NCBI RefSeq assembly: GCF_009914755.1
Contig: NC_060947.1
Direction: 5' to 3' (one strand)
Length of the DNA stretch: 64,000 nucleotides
Source: the human T2T-CHM13v2.0 reference genome, Homo sapiens
Part shown: positions 27,957 through 40,284 of the stretch, piece after piece
Layout: each line of letters opens with the position of its first letter
Position numbering within the stretch: position 1 is the first letter of the stretch
The notes under the pieces: model-generated
The model's database searches: none
Told to the model about the DNA's origin: nothing
The model's input: the letters and a program-made list of their open reading frames with translations, nothing else
Made by a program: the position numbers and the translations under genes

Positions 27957-28169
27957 TCATTCACTGAACATAATTCAGAAACGCAAATAATAATCATGGC
28001 TTGTATCTGCATGTTAGGGCTGAATGGGACCTGATAGATTATTTAGTCCAGTCCCCTTTCTATGACAAATGGAGAAACTAAGGCCCAGGGGGAGGAAGGG
28101 ACTTGAAAACATGTGTTCAACATCTGCCAAGCACCATGTAAATTTGACGAGTAAAGGCCCAGTGAGCTC

Positions 28170-28290
28170 CACTTTATAGATGAAGAAACTGAGGGCTACA
28201 GAGGATAACTGACTTATTCAAGGCCACACAGCCAGGAAGGGACTGAACCAAGATTTGAGCCCTAGTCTCTGACTCAAAAGCCCATGCTCC
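28170..28290 (-). mobile_element. MIR
   Basis: TTTATAGATGAAGAAACTGAGG...AAGGCCACACAGC...GATTTGAGCCC. Confidence 0.85.
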
Positions 28291-29194
28291 TACCACCACC
28301 AGGATGCTGCCTCTGCATGCTGGGCAGGACTCCAAATGAATGATGCCGTGCTCTGGCCTGCAAGACTGGGTACGCCTGACAGCCAGTTGGTGGCCACAGA
28401 GGAAGCTTTCCTTACTTCCGTGCCCACACTTGCCCTTTCACACTGCACTCTTCTCTCAGTCCTCACCCTCACAAAATTCTCTGCCCCAGCTCTACCACCC
28501 CCAGGCCAGGAAGCCCCTCCTGAAGTCTGACCCCATTCCTTAGTACTGTGGCCTGCTGTCCTTGCCGTCTGGAGGGGATCAGACGATCCCTACAATTTGT
28601 AAAGCACTATCCCTTAGGTGGGATCATTTAGGTCCCACTCTGGGTGTTTGGCACTATCTCTATTTTATACCTGAAGAAACTGAGGCTCAGCGAGGTTACT
28701 CACGTGCAGCCTTGAACCTGCCATCTCATTGATTCCATTCGCAGAGCTCCCTTTTCATCTCATCTCAAACACCTCAACTCTAGTCTCCATTAGAATTCCA
28801 AGCATGAAAATAACAGATGGCATTTGTCCAAAAGCCCCTCCCTGTCCCCAGTCGCCTACTCTGTGCTCTTCAGCCTTCCCTGGGGATCTGTCCTCACTGC
28901 CATAGCCCTATCCTGTCTCTTGGTTGGGAGGCGAAGGGGATGAGTCAGTTCTAGCTCTAGCATCGGGCCAGTGCCCCATTGATTGAGGCCTGTGCCATAG
29001 GTGCCCCTGCCTAGCATCCCCTCCTCCCATGACCCTGGGGTGATGGCTGTCAGCCCAGGCCTTGGCCAATCCTCCTATCTAATCTAGTCCCCTCTCAGCT
29101 TCCAAATGTCCTCATCCAGACTAGCAGGAGAGTTCAAGTGGAAGTTTCCACCCCTCAGATCCCCACCCCTTACTCCCATTATTAGTGAGACGCA

Positions 29195-29350
29195 GAGAAG
29201 TGAAGGGAAGACAGAGATACAGTTAGGAAGGGGGGAAAGGCAGGGGAAAAGGGGAGAGACAAAGCCCAAAAGAGAGGAGAAGGAGGAAGAACAGGAAGAG
29301 GAAAGAAAGCCAGAGACACAAGGACAGTGACAGAGAAGGAAAGGAAGGAC
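29195..29350 (+). repeat. GA-rich polypurine tract
   Basis: Direct inspection. Confidence 0.8.
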
Positions 29351-29399
29351 ATCACTCCATTGTTCCCCAAAGACAATCAATTCAGTTGCTGACAGGCAG

Positions 29400-29510
29400 C
29401 TAAGGTTCCTTCAGGAGAGGGGCTCTTTATTGCATCATCAACACCTAACAGAGTGCCTGGCATATAGTAGGCGCTCAACACATGCTCGCTCATTTGAAGG
29501 AATGAATGAA
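29400..29510 (+). mobile_element. L2 3' end
   Basis: CACCTAACAGAGTGCCTGGCATATAGTAGGCGCTCAA...GAATGAATGAA. Confidence 0.8.
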
Positions 29511-30164
29511 AGCCCATCTGTCCTCACCGGCTGTCCCACTAATCCCAACCTCACTTCCTCTGAGCTCCAATTCCATTTTGAGGAGTTGTAGTGCTCTTCA
29601 TCTGGTGCCTGGCATGGCCTGCCAGAGACTGTCAGTTCTCTTTCCATGTGCTTATGTCATAGATTCCTAGACTGTCAGAGCTGGCAGAGCCCTCAGACAA
29701 CCTCAGCCCACTCCTCATGGTACAAATGGGGGGCACTGAGGCCCAGAGCTGGGAAGGCACTTGTGCTGTGTCACTCAGCAGAGCTGGAAGTAGAAGGCTG
29801 TATGCATTCTGGCTGCCCTGGGGTTCAGTGCATTGCATCCTGCAGCTCTGGACCTCCCCAGTGAGCCCATCTGCAGCCATGCTGTGGGTGAGGTCAGAAA
29901 TCTTTGTTCTGCAGAAGAGATGACAACTCCCTGTCCTCACAGCCTGGTGGACAGCCCTGGCCAGGTGGGGGCCCTGCTTCCAGGGGAGGACTACAGGCAG
30001 GATGGTACCGAGGCTCTCCTCCCCAGTGAGTTGAAGGTGGGGGTCCAGGAATGAAGGGAGCACCCACCAGGACCAGGACCCTGACACAGTCTCCCCACCC
30101 ATCCATCCTACCTTTCTCTCCTGACTGCCATGGGGGTCTCATTCACTCTAGAGTCGAAGCCCTG

Positions 30165-30375
30165 AACTTGGGCTCTGATAGACCTGGGTCTTCTACTTCC
30201 TAGCTGCAAATCCCTTCACCTCTCCGAGCCTTGATTTCCTTGTCAGCAAAATGGGCTAACTACCATTCCAACTTCATATGATTTGTGTGAGACTTAAAGG
30301 AGGTAGTGTACATCCTAAGAATTGCATAGCACCTGTCTGGCACACAGTGAATGCTCAATAAATGTGAGTAATTAT
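30165..30375 (+). mobile_element. MIR
   Basis: CTTCACCTCTCCGAGCCTTGATTTCC...AAAATGGG...CTGGCACACAGTGAATGCTCAATAAATG. Confidence 0.8.
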
Positions 30376-31096
30376 GGGGCCCTCTTTCACCATCCTGCTG
30401 ACCTTACCTCCTCTCATTCTACTGGCTTCTTGCATGGTCTTGAAGTGCCCCACTACCAGCATCCACTGAAAAGGTAGTTTCTGGCCCCAGGGCCCCCAGA
30501 TCTCCTTGAGCATTCAGTGTGACCTTGGGCAGCCCACTTCACCTCATTTCCCTCATCCTTCAAACGCCTTCGTGGTGCTTCCATATACATCAAGGGACCC
30601 TCGGCTTCTTCTAGGTTTAATATTGCATTTCTAGAAACCATCTTTCTGTGTTGAGCCGGGTCGGTCTAGAATCTAGCCTAAATCCTCATGCTTGGATGTG
30701 CATGTGTGTGTGTGTGTATGTGTGTGCATGTGTTCATGTGCACTCCTGGGGGGAGGGCTGGGAAGTCCCAAACTTCCCCCTTTTCTCAGGCCAGTTTCTC
30801 TTCCACAGGGCAAGAAGCTTGTGGCTAGCCAGGATCCAATCTCCCTGCTGCAGACTGGCTGCCACCTGCCTGCCAAAGGGACGGTGGATCTTGTTCTCTG
30901 CACCCAACCAGTCCCACCTGTGGTCCTCCACCAAGCCCACCTGTGGTCCTCTGCGAGCAGCATCATCCACTTGGCTACATCCTCCCAGCCTCAGGACTTG
31001 CCTTTCCACCAGCCCCCGCCAGGGCTTTCTCCTGATTCCTCTCCCTCTGCTTCTCAGTCGGGGAGCCCTCCCTGGTCCCCCAGTACCCCACCCCAC

Positions 31097-31137
<41 letters not shown>
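31097..31137. repeat. (CA)n microsatellite
   Basis: Direct inspection. Confidence 0.97.
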
Positions 31138-31139
<2 letters not shown>

Positions 31140-33589
31140 CCTACAGCCAGCTCTCCATCTCCTGTCCCTCTCCTTTCCTCCTTTTCCAAGACAAATCCAA
31201 ACGTCTTGGTTCCTGTGCCTGACTTGCTGTGTGATCCTGAACAGCACACTTCCTCTCCCTCTCTGCCTCCCTTGAACCATTTGTGAAATGAGGGGAATCA
31301 CACCTCCTACCTGTCAGCATTGCTGCAGCCTCTACCACAGGCCACAACAGGGAGGAGAAATGGACTAGACGGGTGGTTGCTGGGGCAGGTCGTGCCACTG
31401 TGGCTGGTCCTATTGGCACAGTAGCATGAAGTTGCAGAGTCCTGGCAGGGACTTAGACGCAACAGAGGTGACCTACCCTCGGACATCAGAGTGCCCTCCA
31501 CAGGGTCCCCACTCCTTCCCAGAAGGACTATGGGCTCCCTCTGCCCTTCTGAACTGTCCACACAGATAATACAAGGACATCCTGATGTGGGTCCTCGGTC
31601 CCTGGTCTGCTCCCCAACTGTAAATTTGCAAATAAAGTCATCTCTAAGGAAGCCCCTTGGGCCCAGGGCTGTGGCGAGGCCAGGACCTGCGGCCAGCCAG
31701 GTGGCTTCCATTAGGTGCCAGCCAGCCCAGGACAGCAGAGCCGCTAATCCCAAGGTTTATGGGGCAGTCCTGCTCGCCAAGGCTCAAGGGCCCAAAAAGC
31801 AAAAATGGAATTTCCAAACTCCACTCAGTTTTTCCTCGATTTTTGTACTGCTTCCCAATCCCGGACTCTCTTTTTCATTCCTTGTTTTTGTCTCCCTCAT
31901 CCTCTCAATCTCACAGTGCCTCCCTCTGCTCTCTGCTGGGCCTCCAGGCTCTCTAACCGCCTCTCCCCTCCCTGCTGACCAACTTTCTCTATCTTCACAG
32001 AGAACTTGTAGGTATGACACTGTGGTTGCTACAACTTTGAAACCCCTTCTTCTTCTTGTGCTCTTGCTCTGGGCTCTCTCTGTCCCCCTAAGACTAAGTC
32101 ATTCATTCTCCCCCTCTCCTTTCTTGTCTTTCCTGGCTCAGCTGCCTCTTCCTCCTGGGCAGCAGCAGGGGCCTCAGTGGGCAAGGTGGGGAGCAGATGT
32201 GGGATGCCCTGCACCCCCACTGCTACCTTAGCGGACAAGGCTCATGGCAGCCCAGTGGATGGGTGAGCAGACAGATGAGTGGGTGGTGCAAGCCCTCCCA
32301 AGCCAGGCCTGCCAAGCACACAAGTACTTAGCCTACCTGGCTGCACAGACTTCAGCAGGGGTTTTGATTGACAACAGGAAATAAAGTAAAACACATAAAA
32401 CAGAAAAAAATGCAGCCACCCAGCAACTGAATGCAAGCAGAACAGTAAGCAAGCTGCTTGGGCTTGGAGGGTGCTGGATAGACAGGACAGGCACAGAAAG
32501 AGAAGACCCTAAGTACTGGGTACCTGCCTTATGCCAGGGCTCTGGGCCAGGCTGGATCTGCACAGCAGTCCTGGCACAAAGATAAGGAGATGAGGACCCA
32601 GAGAGGCTAAGTGGCTTCCCCAAGGCATCTCTCCTAAAACATCCATCACTCCTCCTAAAGGACTCTCCTGTCACTGTCCTGCCCCAGGGTTCCAGGCTTT
32701 TCTTTCTCAGGCCTGTCCTCTGTATGGGGCCCCGCTGACAGGGCAAACTGCTTAGATAAGGCCAGTTGCCAGGACAGCCTATGTCTTAACCATTGCTGAA
32801 GTATTGGTCATCTTCAGGGTTTCCCCTGTTGTGCTCCTATCAGCTGCTTCCACTCCAGGCCACACCCCTTGGGGTCACAGTGGCCTCTACTCTAGTCCCA
32901 GGGCAAAGTTGCTCACCCTCTTGGTGCTCTTTGCTCCTGGATCCACAAGCTTCTCCATGGCCTGGGGTTTAGGCCCATAACTCAGCATCTGAACCTACCT
33001 CAGTGGTCTCAGTGGACTTCCTGAGCTCCACCCAAGACACTTGCCCCAATCAGCCTCTTCTCATCTACTCTACCCTGTCTCTTCTCCCCCAGTTCCCCCC
33101 AGCTCTCCACCCATATTCCACACCCACCATGTTCCAATTCTGGCCTTCTCTTTTTCCTTTTGATCCATTTTCCTCGTCTGCTTTTGCTATCAGTCACCTC
33201 TCTCCATTTTCCAGAGACCTGATGAAGGGAAGACAGGGACCCCAGTTCCCGGTACCTGCAGAGCAACGTAGCAGCCATATAGGAGGTTGAAGCCATATCC
33301 TAAAGCTCCTAGCAATATCCCTGGGGAAGGGAAAGTAAAGGGAGCCTACGGATAAGCAACTTCCCTCAAATCAGCTCGTTGCAAGGAAGGCAAAACTTGA
33401 GGTTAAGATGGAGGTTTCAGGCCTTGGTTACATGCTGAGAGAGGATTGCTGCCCCCTTCTCCCAATGCCCATGGGAGGGTCTATGTGAGTGACACTTCTA
33501 GAGCACAGAGAATACACTGAGAATGGTGCCTCCGGAGTTGGGGGCTCTACTTCCCTCCTACCCAGAATCTCCTATCCAAGTATTGCAAG

Positions 33590-34085
33590 GCAAGGACTTA
33601 TCTCTCCCCTTCCACGGCTACCACCTTGGGCCACGCTGCCATCACCTCTCCCCTGACTCCAACAACAGCCTCCTCTCTGTGCTCCTACAATTAATTCTCC
33701 ACACAACAACCAGAAAAATCTTTCAAACATGTAAATCAGATCATAGCACACCACAGCTCAAAATCCTCCAATGGCTTTTTCTGCCCTTAGAATAAACTTA
33801 GGGTGGAGTTCGTGACCAACATGGTGAAACTCTGTCTCTACTAAAAATACAAAAAAATTCTCCGTGTGTGGTGGTGCATGCCTGTAATCCCAGCTACTTG
33901 GGGGGCTGAGGCAGGAGAATCACTTGAACCCAGAACCCGAGACCCCACCCCTGCACTCCAGCCTGGGCGACAGAGCCAGACTCCGTCTCACAAAAAAAAA
34001 AAAAAAAAAAAAAGAATAAACCTAGGCTGCTTACACACCCCTTGAGGTGCTTCGTGATCTGGTCTTCCAGCTCCTGCTTCTCCAC
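33590..34085 (+). mobile_element. L2 fragment split by an Alu
   Basis: CCATCACCTCTCCCCTGAC...AACAGCCTCCT...TAAATCAGATCAT...CTCAAAATCCTCCAATGGCT...AGAATAAA. Confidence 0.8.
33803..34012 (+). mobile_element. 5'-truncated, internally deleted Alu
   Basis: Begins at GGAGTTCG and ends in poly-A. TSD AGAATAAAC(T/C)TAGG. Confidence 0.9.
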
Positions 34086-34176
34086 TCCCCCCACCTATCC
34101 ATCCACCGCCACCCCAAGCACCTCCTTCCTTCCCCCATTCCTGTCCGCAGGCGGGGCTGAGAAAAATGGACATTCT

Positions 34177-34606
34177 GCCATCAATGATAGACTGGATTAA
34201 GAAAATGTGGCACATATATATCATGGAATACTATGCAGCCATAAGAAAGGATGAGTTCGTGTCCTTTGCAGGGACATGGATGAAGCTGGAAACCATCATT
34301 CTAAGGAAACTATCACAAGGACAGAAAACCAAACACGGCATGTTCTCACTCATAGGTGGGAGCTGAACAGCGAGAACACAGGGACACAGGGCAGGGAACA
34401 TCACACACCCGGGCCTGTCGTGGGGTGGGGAGCTGGGGGAGGGATAACATTAGGAGAAATATCTAATGTAAATGACGAGTTGATGGGTGCAGCAAATCAA
34501 CATGGCACATATATACATATGTAACAAACCTGCACGTTGTACGTTGTGCACATGTACCCTAGAACTTAAAGTATAATTTAAAAAAAAAAGAAAGAAAGAA
34601 AGAAAA
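34177..34606 (+). mobile_element. L1PA (PA5-PA7-like) 5'-truncated insertion
   Basis: The ORF2 C-terminus (MIDWIKKMWHIY..EYYAAI.KDEF.SFAGTWMKLETIIL), the G-rich 3'UTR and an A tail are present. 17-bp TSD AGAAAAATGGACA(T/C)TCT at 34160-34176 and 34607-34623. Confidence 0.96.
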
Positions 34607-34959
34607 AGAAAAATGGACACTCTAGTTCTGGAAGGGAGGACCGCACAAAAACTTGCCAATCAACTGACGTCTCTCTAATGGTCGAGGGAAGCCGACTAAG
34701 GTGTCTTTGAGGGGGCGGTGATGGTAGGGAATTTAGAGGGTGGAGAGATTTGAAGAAAAGTTAGGAGAGTTGGTGCTGAGCCTGGATCAAGCAGGAAGGA
34801 GAATATGCACACCTGAAAGAAAGAAGGCCACCGACTTGCATCGGCACCCACCCTGTGCCCCGCCATTCAGACCCATTTTCTCTTTCCGGCTTCACCACCG
34901 CAGAGTGTGTTCCACTAGTTCCATTTCACAGACCAAGAAACTGAGGCTCCGAGAAAAAT

Positions 34960-35520
34960 GAAGTGAACTGCCCGAACTGCCCCGGGTCACGCAGCTGAGC
35001 CCGGCTGCCAGCACAAGCCAGTGGGACTCTTTTCACGCCTGGGGCTCTGAAGAGCTGCTTGGGAACCATCAATTACTGAATCGAAGCAATTGAGGGAGCC
35101 CGGCGCGGCCTCGCCGCCTGCCCGGGCGGCTGCTCGAGCCCCTCCTCTTCTGCCGGCTGAGGCGTTTAGTCATTTAGACTTTGAAGGCAGCCTATTCTCA
35201 CCAGCAGCTTTCCTGCCCGCACATTTGCATTTGGAGCCTTTCATCTGATCTCTCGGAATTAAAGGCTTTGTCTCCGATTAAAAGAATTCCAGGCCGGAGG
35301 AGCCCGGAGAGGGAGGGGAGGGGGCTCCAGGCCCCAGGCCTTCCTTCCCAGAGCTCCTGGCCTCGAACCGGCTCCGCCGGCTCCAGCGCGGGAGGCGGGG
35401 CGGCCCGGAAGGCCTGGTTTGGCCGGATAAAGCGAGGACCGTCTCAGGGATCCTACTCTACTCTTTAACCCTGCCGACTTCCCTGGCCACCCCGGGCGGA
35501 GCCTCCCAGCAGCCTAGGAT
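34960..35520. promoter_or_regulatory. CpG island-like region, orphan promoter or enhancer candidate
   Basis: Densest CpG stretch outside Alus (CCGGCGCGGCCTCGCCGCC, CCGCCGGCTCCAGCGCGG). It contains GC box GGCGGGGCGG 35394-35403 and octamer ATTTGCAT 35223-35230. Confidence 0.7.
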
Positions 35521-35970
35521 GCAGTTGGTCCAGTACCAGGAGCTGGCTCAGGCAGCCTCCCAATCCCGACTCTAATGTTTATTGGCTGTGTGCTATTGCG
35601 CAGCCGGGCTCTCCCCTCGGAGCCTCAGTTTCCTCCTCTACAAAATGGGAGCAAGGGAATCTGTAAAAGTTGGGCTCCACCTGCCCATGGCAGAGGAAAG
35701 GGTTTGCTATTAAGAGGCAGGGAAAGAAATGCAAACTCCAGATGTGTCCCTATGTCCCTTTGGACAAAAGCTTTCTCCTGTGTGGGCCTCAGGCTCCCCC
35801 TTGTAAAACGGGCTGTTGGGTTTGGAGGGCTCTCCTCCAACTCAGAAATATTATGGGATGCTGAGTCTCCAGGACCCATTCAGTCAGCTCCTTCCCTCTT
35901 GCCCTGACCCCAGCCTGGACTTGGTCCCCTCCCCCATCATTATAATACTTTTGTCCCAGTTCCCTAGGCC

Positions 35971-36127
35971 ACCCTGGCTGCACATTAGATTAACTTAGGG
36001 AGATTTATGAAAATATCAATGTCAAGCCCCAGAGATCCAGATTTAATTGTTTTGGGGTGGGGCCAGGGCCAAGTTTTTCAAAGCTCCCCAGGTGATTCTA
36101 GTGTGCAGCCAGGTCTGAGAACCACTG
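35971..36127. mobile_element. MER5B hAT-Charlie DNA transposon
   Basis: ACCCTGGCTGCACATTAGA...AAGCTCCCCAGGTGATTCTAGTGTGCAGCCAGG..TGAGAACCACTG. Confidence 0.9.
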
Positions 36128-36179
36128 CCCTAGGCCGTCCAGTACTTCTGCCACAGGCAACTCAAGGGTAGAGGGTGGG

Positions 36180-36830
36180 AACCCGGACCCTGGTTCTGAC
36201 CTTTCCCCATGGTAACCCTGGGTTAGTCACTTGCCTTCTCTGCGCTGCAGTTATTTCAGGTATAGAAGATGAGAATGAGGGGATTAAATGAGATCATGCA
36301 TGTAAAGCGCTGGCTGGGCACAGACGCAGTGCTCATTCACCAAATCCTGTCTCTATGGTCTCCTTTCCAATTTGGAGTTAACTCGGGGCTCCTCTCCGCA
36401 ACCCTGAGAGGGCAGCAGGTTAAAGAAGTAGACATTACACATGGGCAGACTGAGGCCCAGAGGAGAAGTGACTCACCCAAGGTCAGGTAGCTAGAAGGAT
36501 CCTTGAAGATCCAGAGTTCTTGCAGAGTGGGGGATAGCATCATCTTTAAGTGTGCAGCCTCTGGAGTCACTGCCTTGGATTCAAATTCTGGGTCCATCAC
36601 TTATTAGCAGTGTGAACCTGAGTTGCTTATTTTCTGTGCCTCAGTTTTCTCATCTTTAAAATGGGGACAATAATAGCACTCCCCTCCTGGGCACTCATCA
36701 AGCTAGTTCCCCCTTTCCCAGCCCCAGCCACCTCCAACACTGTAAGTCAGAAAGCCCAGGCCCAGAGAGGGGAAGAGACTGGCCCAGTCATACAGTGCGT
36801 TAGAGGCAGAGCTTGGTCAAAACTCAGTTC
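36180..36830. mobile_element. Cluster of about four MIR fragments in alternating orientation
   Basis: GGATTAAATGAGATCATGCATGTAAAGCGC (+), ACTGAGGCCCAGAGG...CCCAAGGTCA (-), CTCAGTTTTCTCATCTTTAAAATGGGG (+) and AGGCCCAGAGAGGGG (-). Confidence 0.75.
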
Positions 36831-37542
36831 CCCTCACCCTTCTGGGGGGCCTCCTGGTGTAGGAACCAGCACTTGTTTCTATGCCTCATATAGTCCTCTC
36901 CGCTCGCAAAGAATGGTAAAATCTTGTATGGCCAGGTCATTGGCAATTTTCTGTCTCCCAGTGTTCATGGAGAAAAGCAGCAAAGGAATTTTCATTCTCT
37001 CCCAGGCTTTCTTATTTTCTTTTATTTTTATTTTTTTCTCTGTGCGCTCTCTCAAGCTGGCTCTTCACTTGCTCTGATGCCTCTCTTCCCTTCCATTTTC
37101 TCCCTGTTTAATTCCCTCTGGTAACTCAAAACCATCTGAATGGATTTAAATAAACCTCTCCTCAAATAGTCTCCTTCAAGGGGGAGAGGATGGTAAGTTC
37201 AGCCTGAAGGGAGAGTTTCTCTGATGAGTCTAGTGAACGCTGACAGCACGCGGGGCGGGACGGGAGGGGGAGGTGCGCACAGTGACTGATGGTGGTGATT
37301 GACCTGGGAGGGAGCTGATGGTGTGGCAGGGGTGCAGGGGGTGCTGGCTTGGATGACAATGCAGAGACAATGCGGAGGCATGAGCTGAAGAAAGGGGATG
37401 CAGCCGGCCAGGGCTGAAGTGGGCGGGTGGGGGGTCCATGAATAGCGTCTCAGAGGAGTCAGCACCTGGGGAGTCACAGAACAGCCTCACTTGAGAGGCC
37501 CAGAAGGCTGGTCTAATCCACTTCAACTCCTGCTCCTCCCCC

Positions 37543-37543
<1 letters not shown>

Positions 37544-37595
<52 letters not shown>
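37544..37595. repeat. (AC)n microsatellite
   Basis: Direct inspection. Confidence 0.98.
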
Positions 37596-37596
<1 letters not shown>

Positions 37597-37814
37597 AGAT
37601 GGAAACGGGCCTTTCCCAAGGGGTTCAGGAAGCATTGAGCAGTGAAAGACCCTCTTAAATGGCAAAAGCATCACCTGGAGAGGGAATATCTTACCTCATT
37701 GGCACCAGTTAGTAACATTACATATGAGTTTATCATTTACCCCCAACAGTGTGTATTACATATCTATAGTCCCTAAGCACGGTGACAGGCCGAATAAGTG
37801 AAAATAATAATCAT

Positions 37815-38061
37815 AATAATAGCAGCCAACCATTTCTGGGTGTTTACCATGTGCTGGGCACTGTTTTAGGTATTTCACATACACGGATTCATGAAATCTC
37901 ACAACACAATGAGGATAGTACAATTAAAACCCCCATTTTGCAGATGAGGAAAACTGGGCCCAGAGAGGTTAAGAAACTTGCCCAAGATCATTCAGCTAGT
38001 AAGTGACAGAGATGGGTTTAAACTTGGCTGTTTGGCTTCAGAGCTCATGAAGTTAACTATT
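37815..38061 (-). mobile_element. MIR, near full length
   Basis: CCCCATTTTGCAGATGAGGAAAACTG...GAGAGGTTAAGAAACTTGCCCAAGATCA...GCTAGTAAGTGACAGAG. Confidence 0.92.
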
Positions 38062-40284
38062 CTCATATGCAGAGATGAACAAAATGGGTCCCTCCCTCAG
38101 AGAGCTGGCAGTCTGGAGGAGATGCCCTCCTAACAGCAAAAAACAACCTTTCAGGGTAGCAAATGATGTCATATAAATAACCCTAGGAGTCAAGAAACTG
38201 CATTCAAATTCTGAGCTGTGTGGCCTTGGGCAAGTTACTCGACCTCAGATGGAAGGAGCCGTAACCCTTTCTCACAGGGTTGTTGGAATAATCCATTGAA
38301 TGTGAAAGTGTTTAGTAACCCAAACAGAGCTGGAGGGAAGGGATCATTATTGGTAGTGTTTTCTATCCACCTGCTCGTGACCTATCACGTTCTGTTCCCC
38401 ATCTGCCAATATATATACCCGTGCACTTACCCAACTTTGAACCTCTGTCCCCCAAGCCAACAGTACTCAACTCCCAGCAACACCCCACAAAAACACTCCT
38501 ACTTGTAGACATGCACACACCTGTCCCTGCACACACACTCCTTGTGCAAATGCACAGCCCTATTCTTGCACACATGTGACTATCCCTATGTACACAAACC
38601 CTCCCTTGAAATTCTGTTAGCAAGAGCCCTGTCTACAGGGTTCAGAAACGCAATTCTTGTGCAACCCAGCTAATCTTTCTGTCACATGGGGGCTGTAGGT
38701 GGGTGGGCATCAGCAGAGAATGGGGTGGTGTAGGGTACAAAGTACAGTGTGGAAGAGGTCTGTCAGGAAGGCAGCAGAGACCTGCTCAGGCCCAGCCTTT
38801 CAAGCAATCTGTTTAGCCCTGCAGCTAAGGAGACCATTAGCGGTGGCTTCTCATTTCAGATTTCCCAGCATGCCATGGCTTGCAGACTGCACACTGTTTA
38901 TTTGGAGAAGCCGAGAAAAATTGTTTGTATAATTAGAGTGGGGACAAGGGCTGCCCTTGAAGGGGTTCTCCACAGGAGATCTGGGCTTGCAGCAGACGCC
39001 AGCTCCAAGGTCCCGCCACCCGCCTGAGGAGCACCCGGCTACAGCCCAAGAACAACAGAGGCTGGCAAGCTTGAGCTGGCTGGCCTGCAGGGCCTCCACC
39101 ATGGCCTCTCTGGCCCCCTTTCTTGGTGGTAACTGATTGGACAGACCACCATTGTTCCACCAGGGCCCCCCTAGGACCAAGTAGAGAAGAGAGAGGGTCA
39201 AAGTGCCAATGAAGCCTCCATGGGGTGCAAAGGGCCCAGGCTTTGGATTTAGATCTTTGCTTCACTGGGCCTCAGTTTCCTCATCTGGAAAACAGGGATG
39301 GTAATATGCCTATTGGATCATGGTGACTGGAAAGAGAAGTGACATCTGTGTCAAGGTCTGGCAGGATGCCACAGTGTTTCATAGATGCCTTCTTTCCCAC
39401 CCTTTTCTGGGGTGGACTTTCATTTCTTGTTTCTTTTACGTCTAGTTAATCGCCATTTGAAGAGTTGGTTTTAATTCTATTCACCTGGGACTTTTCAATG
39501 ACTTCTAACATAGTATCACTGAGTCCAGACAATTTGTTTCCTTCTCTCTCTAAGCAGCTCTCTCTCTAAGTCTTTTCTCCTATTGCCTTTGATTGTCAGA
39601 AATTCTGATTGGATCTAAATTTGTCCTCATGAAACAACTATTCCCCCTTTCCCATCCCCATACCGAGGTCTGAGTTCTACTTCCCATCTGTAGGCTGGCC
39701 ACTCTTGACACAAGTCCTAGAGCTCAGAGCCAGGGGTCCATGATCAGGGAAGATCCCCACCTAACGAACAGAGATTCAGACTGGAGCCTGCTCCTTCAGG
39801 CCGGGCTTAACCTTGTATTCTATGGCCTAGCCTCGGCACCACACTTCCTTGCCCTCCTTCCCCAGAGTTGCAGCCTTAAAGTTCAGATCACCATCTGGGC
39901 AACCTTCTTCCCTGGTCCTGTCAGGGTGTTGTGGGGTAAGGAGCAAATATCTTTTTAGCTCCTAGGGAAGGAGCTGAAGTTTCCATTTGTACCTCACTTT
40001 TGCCATCTGTGAAATGGGGAACTGGGCTAGATAAACTTCAAGACACGCCATGATCTCAGTGAATGCTCACACTCATCTGTGAAGTGGGTAGAGAGGTACC
40101 AGGGTCACCAGGTCACAAAGCATCAAGGGGCAGAGCCAGGGTTCCAGTTCAGGTTAGGCTGACTCCAAAGTGCTCTTAAGTCTCAGAGAGATACATACAC
40201 ATAAAACAAAGAAAAGGCAGGAGAATCAGCTCTCTGGTTGAGAGGAAGCAGCATTCATTCATTCATTCATTCATCCGTTTCTTC

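Noticed and set aside
31491-32231. Longest ORF in the track (246 aa)
   Set aside because: Non-ATG start, pyrimidine-rich low-complexity composition and no recognisable family or exon structure.
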